From positions 9,898-73,897 of the forward strand of contig BEHR01000002.1 in the NCBI GenBank assembly GCA_002898555.1: a stretch of DNA of 64,000 nt, given 5' to 3'. The translations under genes and the position numbers were made by a program. This stretch comes from a bacterium HR15 (GTDB taxonomy: Bacteria; Armatimonadota; Fimbriimonadia; Fimbriimonadales; GBS-DC). Positions 40,704 to 50,505 of this stretch are shown piece after piece (position 1 is the stretch's first letter; each line of letters begins with the position of its first letter). The notes beneath the pieces are model-generated. The model made no database searches. It saw only the letters and a list, made by a program, of their open reading frames with translations, and was not told where the DNA came from.

Positions 40704-42433
40704 GGATAAGCCTCCCTGATGCTCTGGAGCCATGCGTGCAACTCGGCAAGGGGGCGTGTGTTCAGAACGCGCTCGGGCATGAGCCAGCCGCGCTGGGCTA
40801 ACCCAACGGCCAGCTCCATATAGCGCAAGTCGCTGGCAACATGGGCATCCGTGCCCAGCGCGACCGGTGCGCCACTCTCGTTCAGCACGCGCACCAACGG
40901 CGTGGGCGGGTCCATGCGCGTATAATAACCGTTCACCTCGACCGCCTTCCCCAGCTGCGCTGCACGCTTGAAAACGCGCTCCCAGTCTGCCTCATTCGAT
41001 TCGCGCTTCCCAAACCGCCTTCCTGTCGGATGCGCCAAAATTTGCACGGCTGGATGCTCCAGTGCGCGAATTAAGCGGTGAGTCATCACTTCAGGCGGTT
41101 GTCCATGCGTATGGTGTACGCCCGCTATGACGATCTCAGCGCGGCGCAATAGGTCGCTGGGCGCGTCGATGCTGCCGTCCGCTTCGATGTTCACTTCCAG
41201 ACCGTTCATCAGGTAGGGCTTGCCACCGAATTGCTCATTGAGCCGTTCGATCTCCTGCTGGCGTCGTTGGAACACTTCACGCAACTCACCGTGCCACATC
41301 AGCATCTCCACATGGTCGGTCAGCGCGAGGTATTCGTAGCCAAGGCTCTGGGCGACCTGGAGGAGCTGTTCGATGGAGCTGCGTCCGTCGGACCAGCGCG
41401 AATGGGACTGCAGGTCGCCGCGAACCTGTTCCAGCTGGATAAGAGGGGGCAAGGTGCCCTGCTCAGCCGCTTCCAGTTCGCCCTGGTCCTCGCGGAGTGG
41501 GGGCGGTATCCACGGTAGCCCCAGCGCGGCATAGACCTCCTCCTCCGTCAGGCTGGCGATTCGCTCGGTGCCGCGCCACACGCCATACTCGTTCAGCTTC
41601 AGCCCGCGTTCTATCGCGCGCTCACGCAGGCGGATGGAGTGGGGTTTGGAACCTGTGATGTAGAGCATGCCGGCGCCCCAGCTATCGAGTGGTACCAGCT
41701 TGAGATCTACCTGTAAGCCGTCGCTGAGGAACACTTGCGCTCGGTTCTCACCCCGTGAATAGACCTCGGCCACGCCCGGCATGCGTACGAACGCTTCGAT
41801 GACCGCCTCATTCTGCTCCGTCGCGACCAAATAGTCCAAATCCCCCACCGTTTCTTGCATGCGTCGAACGGAACCGCCCAGCAGCACTTTCCGTACGCCG
41901 GGCGCATGGCGCAGCCATTCCAGCCGTTCGCGTGCCAGCCACAGCACAGACCCCAGCGGGCGACGCGCACGCGACTTTTTCACCAGGTCGATGAGGTGCA
42001 GCAGACGCTGGCGCTTCTGCTCGCCAAAGCCAGGTAGTTTCTGCACTTGCGGGCTTTCCAGCGCGCGTTGCAGGCTCTCCAGGTCATGGACGCCCAGCGC
42101 TTCTGTGAGGAGGCGAGCCGTTTTTGCACCTATCCCCGGCACCGCCATCACTTCCAGGATGCCTGGCGGCGCCTGCGCAAGCAACTGTTGATGCTTTGGG
42201 ATAACGCCCGTTTCCAGATAGGTTCGAATCTTTTCCGCAATCGCCTTGCCGATGCCCGGGATCGCCTCTAAGGCTTCTTGACCCTGTTCGGCGATGGTCT
42301 CGATGGGCGTCTGCATCGTCTCCAGCAAGCGCGCTGCCTGACGATAGGCACGCGATTTGAACGGGCTATCACCGAAATAGTCCGATAAGTCCGCTAATTC
42401 ATAGAGTAATCGTGCCACTTCGTTGTTTCGCAC
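40700..42433 (-). CDS. polX: DNA polymerase X / PHP-domain protein
   Basis: FKSRAYR, HhH GIGKA, GSVRR.QETVGDLD, TGSK.H, HS.WSDG PHP domain. Confidence 0.95.
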   Translation of the reverse strand: MRNNEVARLLYELADLSDYFGDSPFKSRAYRQAARLLETMQTPIETIAEQGQEALEAIPGIGKAIAEKIRTYLETGVIPKHQQLLAQAPPGILEVMAVPGIGAKTARLLTEALGVHDLESLQRALESPQVQKLPGFGEQKRQRLLHLIDLVKKSRARRPLGSVLWLARERLEWLRHAPGVRKVLLGGSVRRMQETVGDLDYLVATEQNEAVIEAFVRMPGVAEVYSRGENRAQVFLSDGLQVDLKLVPLDSWGAGMLYITGSKPHSIRLRERAIERGLKLNEYGVWRGTERIASLTEEEVYAALGLPWIPPPLREDQGELEAAEQGTLPPLIQLEQVRGDLQSHSRWSDGRSSIEQLLQVAQSLGYEYLALTDHVEMLMWHGELREVFQRRQQEIERLNEQFGGKPYLMNGLEVNIEADGSIDAPSDLLRRAEIVIAGVHHTHGQPPEVMTHRLIRALEHPAVQILAHPTGRRFGKRESNEADWERVFKRAAQLGKAVEVNGYYTRMDPPTPLVRVLNESGAPVALGTDAHVASDLRYMELAVGLAQRGWLMPERVLNTRPLAELHAWLQSIREAYP

Positions 42434-42463
42434 GCATCGATTGTACCTGATAGTAGAGGCACA

Positions 42464-42601
42464 CTGGAGCCGTTGGATCCCATCGCCTACCGCTACACGC
42501 TGCCCGTGCCAATCATGGTGCTCCTTTTTGTGCTGGACACTATCGGCTGGCGACTGCGCACTTTTGATCCCGTCGCGATCGTGGGGCGACGGATCGTTTA
42601 G
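42464..42601 (+). repeat. 138-bp inverted copy of the 3' end of the ABC permease gene (25355-25492)
   Basis: 133/138 identical by manual alignment; encodes the last 45 codons plus stop. Confidence 0.95.
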
Positions 42602-42735
42602 AGCGATTCACGCTGCTGGTTCCGGGCGGCTTTGAGGGCGGCGCAGAAGCTTGCCCGCCAGATCCGGGAGGGGGTGCTCTTAGCATAGTGCCCGTCCCAA
42701 TTGCCAGGCATCATATAAGGTTCCGCCGTGGCCCC

Positions 42736-44553
42736 CTACTGGCTTACCATTCGCCACTCACTGCTCGCCACTTGCCCCAAAACCAGCTCCCGCACCGTCT
42801 TCTCGACCAAATCGGTCTCCAGCACTAAGCATGGATGACCAAAATACTCCGCGTCTCGAACGGGAATCTCGCTGCTTCCCGTTCGTGCCCACCCCTTGAG
42901 TGGCGTGAACAGCAGCACCGTTACACGCCCCATCGACATTGCCGATAGCAACGAAAGCTGCATCTGGTCTGCTATGTTGGCAAACCGGTGACGAATGGCG
43001 GTGCGTGCGGTGTGCCAGCGTACAAGCTCCGCTGCGGTGATCCATTCGTAGCCTGCGCTACGAATGGCGGCCATCAGCCGAATAAAAGCGTCCGCCTTCT
43101 CCTCGCTCTCCACTACGGTGGGTCGAACGGTGAAATGGCACACCCCGCCAACTGACTGCACTCCGCGCAGGATCGCCCGTGCCTCCATCATCCCGACACG
43201 CTCCATCAGGTGATAACCCAGTAGGGGGATCACATACAAATTATGCAGCTCGCCCGGGCGGGTTTGCTGGAGGGGGCGCCACGGATGCGCACTGCCAAAG
43301 GCGAACCCTGCTGCGCCTGCCGAGTAGCCGCCACGGCTCAGATCGCTTAAAATCTGCGCCTGCTCCGCATAGGTGTAGAACTCGGTGCAACCACGCCATT
43401 GCAAATTCGCCACCTGCACCGCCGTAATACTGCGTACTCCGCTGAATCGGCGCAAGCTGTCCACTTGATTCTGCAGCAGAGCTGCCGAGCGACAAAAAAC
43501 ACCCGCTTCGGGCACATAACGCAGCCCAATCTCATGTCCACGCTTGGCTAAGTCACGATAAAACGCGGGTCCGTGACTCGCCTCACTCAGACACCAGACC
43601 GCGCGCAATCCTGTCAGCGTCAGCAACCGATGGAGGGTCGTCTCGTGATGCGCCGCGGCAGGCTCCGCATCAATGCTCAAAACCGCCACGCCCGGCAAAG
43701 CAGCGGGATAGAACCAAAGCATCGGCACAACCGCACCACACTGCTGCCCACTCCACAAAATCGCACGGATGAGGCTCTCTTGCCAGAGATCGGCCACAGG
43801 CTTCAGAAAGAGGCGCGGAGTGACTGGCGCGTGGCGCGGGGGATCTATCCCCTCGCTTCCTCGATCCAGATACCAATCCAACCGAACAGCATCCTCGGCA
43901 CGCAGGGCATGGTCATCTGGTTCGCGCTCCACATCGGGAGGCAGCACCGCCTGTTCCACCACTGGGCGTCCATGCCGGATGCGGGCAATGCTTTCGCCAG
44001 GGTGTACCGCGAACAGGATGGCATGTCCTGCGCTATGCGCTTGATGGACAATCGCGGGCAGTCCTGTTTCGCGTCCGTGTGCATCGAGCCAGTGCGCCCA
44101 GACCGTGCCCTCCTGCACCTCCACGGCGATGCCGCCGAATCCATGCAGCAGTCCCCATTCATGGGGCACCAGGGGATTCGAAGGCGAGCCAATGGCATAA
44201 CCTTCGCCCAGCCCTATGGAGTGAGCAGAAGATGGTTCACCCTCTGCCCCACGCTCCCCGTATGTCAAAGGGCGCACGCCAAACATCTCTGGCAGCGAGC
44301 AGGTCCCGCCCAGCGCAAGCCAGACACCACCTGCTTTCACAAACGCTTGCAGCGCACGCTGCCCCTCCTCGCTCAGTTCGCCCTCGCCTATGGTCAGTAA
44401 AACATCCAGCCCGGCGACTCGTGCAGGCAGCTCCCCCGGCGTGAGCCAATCCACCAGAAAGCCGCAATACTGCACCAGCTCGCAGGTCAGTCGATCAAAT
44501 GGCTGGAGCGTGACAGGCATTGCGCCTGCGCCCGCTTTCCCTTTTGCACTCAT
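42736..44553 (-). CDS. hypothetical protein with GATase-like N-terminal and polysaccharide-deacetylase-like domains (start uncertain)
   Basis: FVKAGGVWLALG; VLSIDAE, GHEIGL, PWRP segments; domain calls inferred. Confidence 0.6.
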   Translation of the reverse strand: MSAKGKAGAGAMPVTLQPFDRLTCELVQYCGFLVDWLTPGELPARVAGLDVLLTIGEGELSEEGQRALQAFVKAGGVWLALGGTCSLPEMFGVRPLTYGERGAEGEPSSAHSIGLGEGYAIGSPSNPLVPHEWGLLHGFGGIAVEVQEGTVWAHWLDAHGRETGLPAIVHQAHSAGHAILFAVHPGESIARIRHGRPVVEQAVLPPDVEREPDDHALRAEDAVRLDWYLDRGSEGIDPPRHAPVTPRLFLKPVADLWQESLIRAILWSGQQCGAVVPMLWFYPAALPGVAVLSIDAEPAAAHHETTLHRLLTLTGLRAVWCLSEASHGPAFYRDLAKRGHEIGLRYVPEAGVFCRSAALLQNQVDSLRRFSGVRSITAVQVANLQWRGCTEFYTYAEQAQILSDLSRGGYSAGAAGFAFGSAHPWRPLQQTRPGELHNLYVIPLLGYHLMERVGMMEARAILRGVQSVGGVCHFTVRPTVVESEEKADAFIRLMAAIRSAGYEWITAAELVRWHTARTAIRHRFANIADQMQLSLLSAMSMGRVTVLLFTPLKGWARTGSSEIPVRDAEYFGHPCLVLETDLVEKTVRELVLGQVASSEWRMVSQ

Positions 44554-44726
44554 CGGGCAAACCCCGATTCGCGCCCAACGCCATTCAGGTGAACGCATGC
44601 CGTTTGTTTCTCTGCCCCTCTTTCTGATTATCGGCAAATCACTCGCCTTCCGCTACTCGCCCATCGAGGTATACTATACATAGCCGTTTGCGAACGGCAC
44701 CCATCACAACGAGGAGGAGGTATAAG

Positions 44727-45446
44727 ATGAAAAGTTTCTGGATTACACTGGCAGCAGCGATCGTGCTGAGCATTTCGACCGTCTCTGCCCAGAATGATCA
44801 GGGCAGCGATAAGGGTGCAGCGGTCAAGACGGAAAGCAAGGTGCAGACTCAGCAGCCGCGCCCGAATGTGTTGGAGCCGAGCTACCTTGCGCGCGCACTG
44901 AACCTGAACGAGGAGCAGCGCGCCCGCATCGATGGGCTGTGGAAACAGTACCGCGACCGCGATGAAGCCATTAAACGCGATACTTCCATCACCCCTGAAC
45001 AACGCATGCAGCGCTTCCGACAAAGCCGAGAAGAGTATATCCGCCTGGTGCGTTCCGTGCTCAACGAGGAGCAACTCAAAAAGTTCGAGGAGCTGCTCCA
45101 ATCGGAAGAGAGCCAATCCAGCACCACGCCTAACATGCGCTTCTCGCCCGAACAGATTAACAAGATCCGGGAGATCACTCAACGCTATAACGCCTTACGC
45201 AACCAGATCCAGCAAGACACCTCTTTGGACGCGCAAACTCGCCAGCGTCGCCTACAGGAGCTTAACAAGCAGATGCTGGAAGAGATCCGCAATGTGTTGA
45301 CCCCCGAGCAGCGCGCCCAGTGGGATAAAGCTCTGAAGAAGGATAAAGAGAAGAGCGACCAGAAAGAGGGCGACAAGAAAGACGAGAAGAAGGACGAGAA
45401 CAAGAACCCACCCAGCACAGGAGGAGGGACGAACGGCGGATCGTGA
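44727..45446 (+). CDS. secreted Spy/CpxP (LTxxQ)-like helical protein
   Basis: RBS GAGGAGG; signal peptide; two repeats ending VLNEEQ / VLTPEQ; charged tail. Confidence 0.65.
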   Translation: MKSFWITLAAAIVLSISTVSAQNDQGSDKGAAVKTESKVQTQQPRPNVLEPSYLARALNLNEEQRARIDGLWKQYRDRDEAIKRDTSITPEQRMQRFRQSREEYIRLVRSVLNEEQLKKFEELLQSEESQSSTTPNMRFSPEQINKIREITQRYNALRNQIQQDTSLDAQTRQRRLQELNKQMLEEIRNVLTPEQRAQWDKALKKDKEKSDQKEGDKKDEKKDENKNPPSTGGGTNGGS

Positions 45447-46819
45447 ATATGCGTACAGCGCATGTGCCGCCCCACAGCCTCGAAGCCGAGATGAGTACGC
45501 TCGGCTCCATGATGCTCGACCAGCACGCGATAGAGAAGGTCGCCGAAATCCTTAGACCCGACGACTTCTATCGTGATGCGCACCGCATCCTGTATGAGGT
45601 CATTCTCTCGCTGGCGGAGCGGCACATCCCCGTCGACCTGCTCACGGTTCAGGAGGAGCTGAAGCGGCGCGACCAGTTGGAGGAGGTGGGCGGATTGGCG
45701 GCACTGGCACAAATCGTGGAGAGCGTGCCCAGCGCCTCCAACGCGGAATATTACGCTCGCATCGTGGAGGAGAAAGCCATTCTGCGCCGCCTCATCCGCG
45801 CCGCCCACGACATTCTCCAACTGACCGAAGACACCGACCTCGAACTGCAGGAGATTATCGATCGCGCTGAGCATGCTGTGTTCGGTGTGGCACAACGGCG
45901 ACTCGGACGCTATTTCACCCCCATCGATCGCCTACTTATCCAAGTGCTGGAGCATATCGAGCAGGTGCAACTTTCGGGGCGCGGTATCCTCGGCGTTCCC
46001 ACTCACTTCCCGGACCTCGATTACAAAACCTCAGGGCTGCAGCCTTCGGAACTGATTATCTTGGCGGCACGCCCCAGCGTGGGCAAAACCTCACTCGCGC
46101 TCAATATCGCCGAAAATGTCGCCCTGCGTGAGAACCGCCCCGTCGCTATTTTTAGCCTGGAGATGTCACGCGAGCAATTGGTGCAGCGCATGCTCTGCTC
46201 GCAGGCAGGCGTCAGCGGCAGCCGCATCCGACGCGGCAATCTCACCAATGAGGATTGGGAACGACTGCAACTGGCTGCCGAGCGGCTGTTCCGCGCCCCT
46301 ATCTATATCGACGACACCAGCAGCCTTTCCGTGCTGGAAATGCGCGCTAAGTGTCGCCGTCTCAAAGCGGAGCGCAACGACCTCGCACTCATTGTGGTCG
46401 ACTACCTGCAGTTGATGCGTTCGCACACACGCCGCGCGGAGAACCGCAATCAAGAGATTGGTGAGATTGCCCGTGCTCTGAAATCGCTCGCCCGCGAGTT
46501 TGAAGCGCCCGTGTTGGTGCTCTCGCAGCTCTCGCGTGCCGTGGAACGGCGCGAGGAGAAACGCCCCATCTTGTCTGACCTGCGTGATAGCGGCTCCATC
46601 GAAGCGGAAGCCGATGTGGTAATGTTTCTCCATCGCCCTCACCGAATCGAAGGCGAATTCGAAGACGAGCCGCGCGAGGCAGGCGTCGTCCGCACCGAAG
46701 AGGTAGAATTGATAATCGCTAAGCAGCGCAACGGCCCTACGGACAGGGTCCCCTTGGGCTTCCAACCCGCCCTCTTCCGCTTCGTGACGCTGGAGCGTGC
46801 GGTCTCAATAGGTGAGTAG
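45443..46819 (+). CDS. dnaB: replicative DNA helicase (no intein)
   Basis: PPHSLEAE, AARPSVGKT, FSLEMS, DYLQL, LSQLSR, SDLRDSGSIE. Confidence 0.97.
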   Translation: MNMRTAHVPPHSLEAEMSTLGSMMLDQHAIEKVAEILRPDDFYRDAHRILYEVILSLAERHIPVDLLTVQEELKRRDQLEEVGGLAALAQIVESVPSASNAEYYARIVEEKAILRRLIRAAHDILQLTEDTDLELQEIIDRAEHAVFGVAQRRLGRYFTPIDRLLIQVLEHIEQVQLSGRGILGVPTHFPDLDYKTSGLQPSELIILAARPSVGKTSLALNIAENVALRENRPVAIFSLEMSREQLVQRMLCSQAGVSGSRIRRGNLTNEDWERLQLAAERLFRAPIYIDDTSSLSVLEMRAKCRRLKAERNDLALIVVDYLQLMRSHTRRAENRNQEIGEIARALKSLAREFEAPVLVLSQLSRAVERREEKRPILSDLRDSGSIEAEADVVMFLHRPHRIEGEFEDEPREAGVVRTEEVELIIAKQRNGPTDRVPLGFQPALFRFVTLERAVSIGE

Positions 46820-46927
46820 CGCGTAGTGAGTGGATCAAACTCCCCTCGCTGCCATTTCGAATCCGGCAGCGGAACCTCCGCGTCTGCCAAGAAGGGGAAA
46901 ATCGATAACGCTTCCAGACACACCTTC

Positions 46928-47485
46928 TCACCATAGGTCGCGCTCGATTTCGCTGCGGAAGCGACGGAAACTCTCCGCTGCCATGCGTTCCCACTGCTGA
47001 CGCACATTATATAGCCCCTGCATACAGACCTCGAAATGTTCCGAGAGTTTGCGGAACAGCGGGGCTTCGTCGCGCCATTCCCCGATATCGAACAGCGACA
47101 CAATATAGTACGATTGTTTGCCCTGCTTCACATAGTCGATCAGGTGATCTTTGCGTGTGTGTGCCCGCAAGCGCGGCAAGGCTTCTGGATAGACCCCCGT
47201 CCAGAACAGCGTATAGTCGCCGATATGGCGGTGGACCTCCCGCTCCTGATAGAACGACTGCGCACCAAGTCGCACATCCGCATAATAAAGCATATCGGCG
47301 ACCTCTTCCAACGGACGCCCGCGCAGGTCACGCAATTTGTACAGCTCGCGCATATGCACGAACTTCAACAGCAAATCGCTCAAATAGTCCACCACCTGCG
47401 GATCGTCCCACCGCAACGAAATGACGAACGCCCGCTCCACCAAGTTCCGAAACAGTTGTGCCAGTGGATGATTCTTCGATACCAT
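46928..47485 (-). CDS. conserved hypothetical protein
   Basis: RBS GAGGTGAGG; YLSDLL..F, HRHIGDYTLFWTG.YPE, Y...GK.SY pattern. Confidence 0.7.
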   Translation of the reverse strand: MVSKNHPLAQLFRNLVERAFVISLRWDDPQVVDYLSDLLLKFVHMRELYKLRDLRGRPLEEVADMLYYADVRLGAQSFYQEREVHRHIGDYTLFWTGVYPEALPRLRAHTRKDHLIDYVKQGKQSYYIVSLFDIGEWRDEAPLFRKLSEHFEVCMQGLYNVRQQWERMAAESFRRFRSEIERDLW

Positions 47486-47612
47486 CGTGATCGACCTCAC
47501 CTCACTTTTTGGACGCTTCTGCTCCCAAAGGGTTCCCAATCTTAAATATACTATTCCATGAGCCTGTCCCATTTCCACCACAGCAACCCCTACTTGCTCG
47601 CCTCTTGACACT

Positions 47613-49814
47613 TTATCGAACAGAGGCAGGCAGGCGGTGCAGATATTCGTCTGGTGTCCGTGAGAGCTGCCTTAGCATGCGCTCGCTGCGGGTGGAGTAG
47701 AAAGGCAATCCCACCAACAGCAACGGTGCGAACATGCATGCCAGCATCGCGCAGCCGCTGTAAAACAAGGAAAGCACCGTTGCCCGCACCATCGAGGGGC
47801 GTTCACGACGGCTGAGTGCTGTGAGCGTGTCCTGAATCGCGATCGGTGCTGCCAGAAAGAGCTGCGAACCGAGCAAAACGAGCAACACCACGAAAACAAA
47901 CATCAGCATCCCACCCACCACCATCATCGTCAGTGGGACAGCAGGCGAAGGCGCACCTTGAAACGCCTCATAGAAAGTCCGTAGCCATACTGCCAGGGCG
48001 CCACAGCCATACAACGCAAGGAGCAGGCGTACCTGCCAGATCCATACACTCAGCACGATGCCCCAGTAGATAGTGAACGGCGCGAGTCCCGCCAGAAACC
48101 ACTGACGCAGCTCGCCTGTCTCCACTAATCGCTGCACACGCTGACTCGCCAACCGATAGCCCAGCCACCAGAGCGCAATAAGCATCGGTAAGGCGATGAA
48201 AGCTGCCCAAGCGATAGCAACGCCAGAAGGCAGCACCAACCCCAGCAGCCAACCAAGCGCTGCTAATAACGGTGCCGCATCGAAGCGACGCTCCGCCATG
48301 AAAAAGCGCGTCACTGGATTGGTCGTCATGCGCTGATGCAACCAGTCATACAAGGGGTAGACCAACACGGGGGCAAGCCCCTTTTGCAATTGCGCCCATC
48401 GCATCTGGAACAGTTTGTTCCTTCCCCAAGCACCGTTCACCCAGATCCACGCCATGGTCAGCAGCAAGCCGCGCCACAGTAACGGCATCACCAGCAGCAG
48501 TGTGAAGGGCGGGGGAGGCAGGCGAACCACTTGGCCCCAAAGGGGCGTTTGTGCCGCAAGCGCGACCAGAGGACTCAACACACCTAAACTGGCATAGCGA
48601 TCAGGCGCGAGCAGAAACCACAAGAGAGGCGCAGATTCCAGCAGCGCAAGCCGTGTCAAGGGGATGCGCATGCAATAGGCACGCTGCAGCAGCACACGAA
48701 ACCATGCGCTGAACGGTACATCTGCCAGCGTGAGCAAAAGCCAGAGTGTCCAGAATGAGCTGCCCGCTAACCCGACACCGCTCCAGAGTGCCCAGCCGAG
48801 CAGCACCACGATGCTCAGCACACGCACAAGGGCAACCTCGCCCAAGTGAACTATCCCACGCTGGTGCACCGGGTCGTGCCCGCGTACGAGGGTCACTAAC
48901 CGCATATTCAGCCAGCCCGCTATCAGAAAGAGCAGCACAGCCGATGCCTGCAACCGCTGCGTGTCGTTCCACATAGGTGTCCATTCCCCCACCATCGGGA
49001 ACACCATCAGCATCAGCCCCGTTGCAGGTAGCAGCCAGCCATATCGCCACCATCCCGACGGCATGTTTAGCCAGCGGGCGCGCCATTCCCAGCGCAATCC
49101 CTCCACCAGAAGCCACACCAGCGCGAATCGTCCCGTGTCCGGCAGCGTGTACAGCCATGCGAGCGGCATCAGCAGGCGCAGCAAGATGGGCAGGCTAATC
49201 AGCAGCGCGAATAGCCATCCGCTAAGGGAGCCTAACCGCGTCCTGTCGATTTCGCGTAGTGAGCCGTACCCAAACACAAGGAGGGCAAGCGTTAGAGGCT
49301 CCCAGAAGCCGATAAAAGAGAGGGTCAGATAAAAGCCCATCAGGATCAGTACCAGCGGATCGGCAAAGGCAAAGAGCAGCCACAGAAGCGCGCTTTCCCA
49401 TCCAGACACACCCACCCAGGCACCCCACGCTCCATACAGTGGCAGCCATAAGCTCTGGCTCGGCAGACGATAGAATAGCGCAGGCAAACTGCGCTGCAGC
49501 AACAGCGCGTGTGGAGTGAGGTCCAGCATGCGGAACTGATCCAAATGACCCGTCTGAAGGTCGCGTTGGAACGAGGGATTCGGCAACTGGCGATCCAATC
49601 GGCTGCGCGCCATCAGATGCGCCACGACCAACGCGGTGAGCGAGAGATAAGGAGCGGCAAACCCCTGCTTGAATGCCAGCCCGAACAGCGCCGCCAGCCC
49701 AAGCGCCAGCGCACCAAGCAAGGCGTAGCTCCACATGGATCGAATGAGTGTTCCCCCCTCAATACGCCGATACTCCAGCTGCCAGAACGGTAGCTCCCGC
49801 CAGTGAGTCTCCAT
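47613..49814 (-). CDS. large polytopic membrane protein, possibly a fused ABC-2-type permease
   Basis: many TM segments; two similar loops QRDLQTGHLDQF..LDLTP and QRLVETGELRQWFLAGLAP. Confidence 0.65.
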   Translation of the reverse strand: METHWRELPFWQLEYRRIEGGTLIRSMWSYALLGALALGLAALFGLAFKQGFAAPYLSLTALVVAHLMARSRLDRQLPNPSFQRDLQTGHLDQFRMLDLTPHALLLQRSLPALFYRLPSQSLWLPLYGAWGAWVGVSGWESALLWLLFAFADPLVLILMGFYLTLSFIGFWEPLTLALLVFGYGSLREIDRTRLGSLSGWLFALLISLPILLRLLMPLAWLYTLPDTGRFALVWLLVEGLRWEWRARWLNMPSGWWRYGWLLPATGLMLMVFPMVGEWTPMWNDTQRLQASAVLLFLIAGWLNMRLVTLVRGHDPVHQRGIVHLGEVALVRVLSIVVLLGWALWSGVGLAGSSFWTLWLLLTLADVPFSAWFRVLLQRAYCMRIPLTRLALLESAPLLWFLLAPDRYASLGVLSPLVALAAQTPLWGQVVRLPPPPFTLLLVMPLLWRGLLLTMAWIWVNGAWGRNKLFQMRWAQLQKGLAPVLVYPLYDWLHQRMTTNPVTRFFMAERRFDAAPLLAALGWLLGLVLPSGVAIAWAAFIALPMLIALWWLGYRLASQRVQRLVETGELRQWFLAGLAPFTIYWGIVLSVWIWQVRLLLALYGCGALAVWLRTFYEAFQGAPSPAVPLTMMVVGGMLMFVFVVLLVLLGSQLFLAAPIAIQDTLTALSRRERPSMVRATVLSLFYSGCAMLACMFAPLLLVGLPFYSTRSERMLRQLSRTPDEYLHRLPASVR

Positions 49815-49864
49815 TTAAGAACACCCATGTCAGTGTACCCCAACCAGAAGAGGTAAACTCATCG

Positions 49865-50497
49865 ATGATGAACTCGTTGCCAACGGCGGAAGCGCGATTA
49901 TCGGAGCTGTTTAGCGCCACCTTGGACACCGACGCCGACGGAACCGTCTCGCTGGAGGAGATAGTCGCCCGTGCAGGGGATCGAGGGTATGGCATCATGC
50001 TATTGCTGCTGACCATTCCCTGCTTTATTCCGGTGCTGCCACCGGGCACATCGGGCGTTGTGGGAGTACTAATGATATTAGTCGCGTCGCAGATGTTGGT
50101 GGGCAGGCGGCAGCTGTGGCTGCCTGCGCGCTGGCGACGGAAACGGCTTGCGCCTGCGACGGTGCAGGCAATTCAGACCAGAGGTATCGCGCTGCTACAG
50201 CGTATCGAACGGGTCTCCTATCCACGGGGGCGATGGCTAACACGCAACGGGGTGCTATTGCGCGTCTCTGCCCTGATTGTGATTCTGCTCAGCTTGGTAC
50301 TATCCTCGCCAATGCCCTTTATGAACACGCTGCCTGCCTTTTCGATCGCGCTGATTGCCATAGGGCTGATGAACCATGATGGCTATCTGCTCCTGGCGGG
50401 CAACTTGTTAGGTGTTGCCGTGCTGCTGGTGGTAGGGCTCGGACTGGAAGCCCTGCTCCATGCATGGCAGTGGATTCGGATGTGCTTCTACGGCTAA
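49865..50497 (+). CDS. exopolysaccharide synthesis ExoD family protein
   Basis: GDRGYG.MLLL, QMLVGR..LWLP, PFMNTLP, DG. Confidence 0.88.
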   Translation: MMNSLPTAEARLSELFSATLDTDADGTVSLEEIVARAGDRGYGIMLLLLTIPCFIPVLPPGTSGVVGVLMILVASQMLVGRRQLWLPARWRRKRLAPATVQAIQTRGIALLQRIERVSYPRGRWLTRNGVLLRVSALIVILLSLVLSSPMPFMNTLPAFSIALIAIGLMNHDGYLLLAGNLLGVAVLLVVGLGLEALLHAWQWIRMCFYG

Positions 50498-50505
50498 TGT
50501 GAAGA

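Noticed and set aside
42464-42601. DGR template repeat for the permease C-terminus
   Set aside because: The differences (G/A, C/T, G/A, AA/GG) are not confined to template adenines. There is no reverse transcriptase in the window, and the target is a TM segment.
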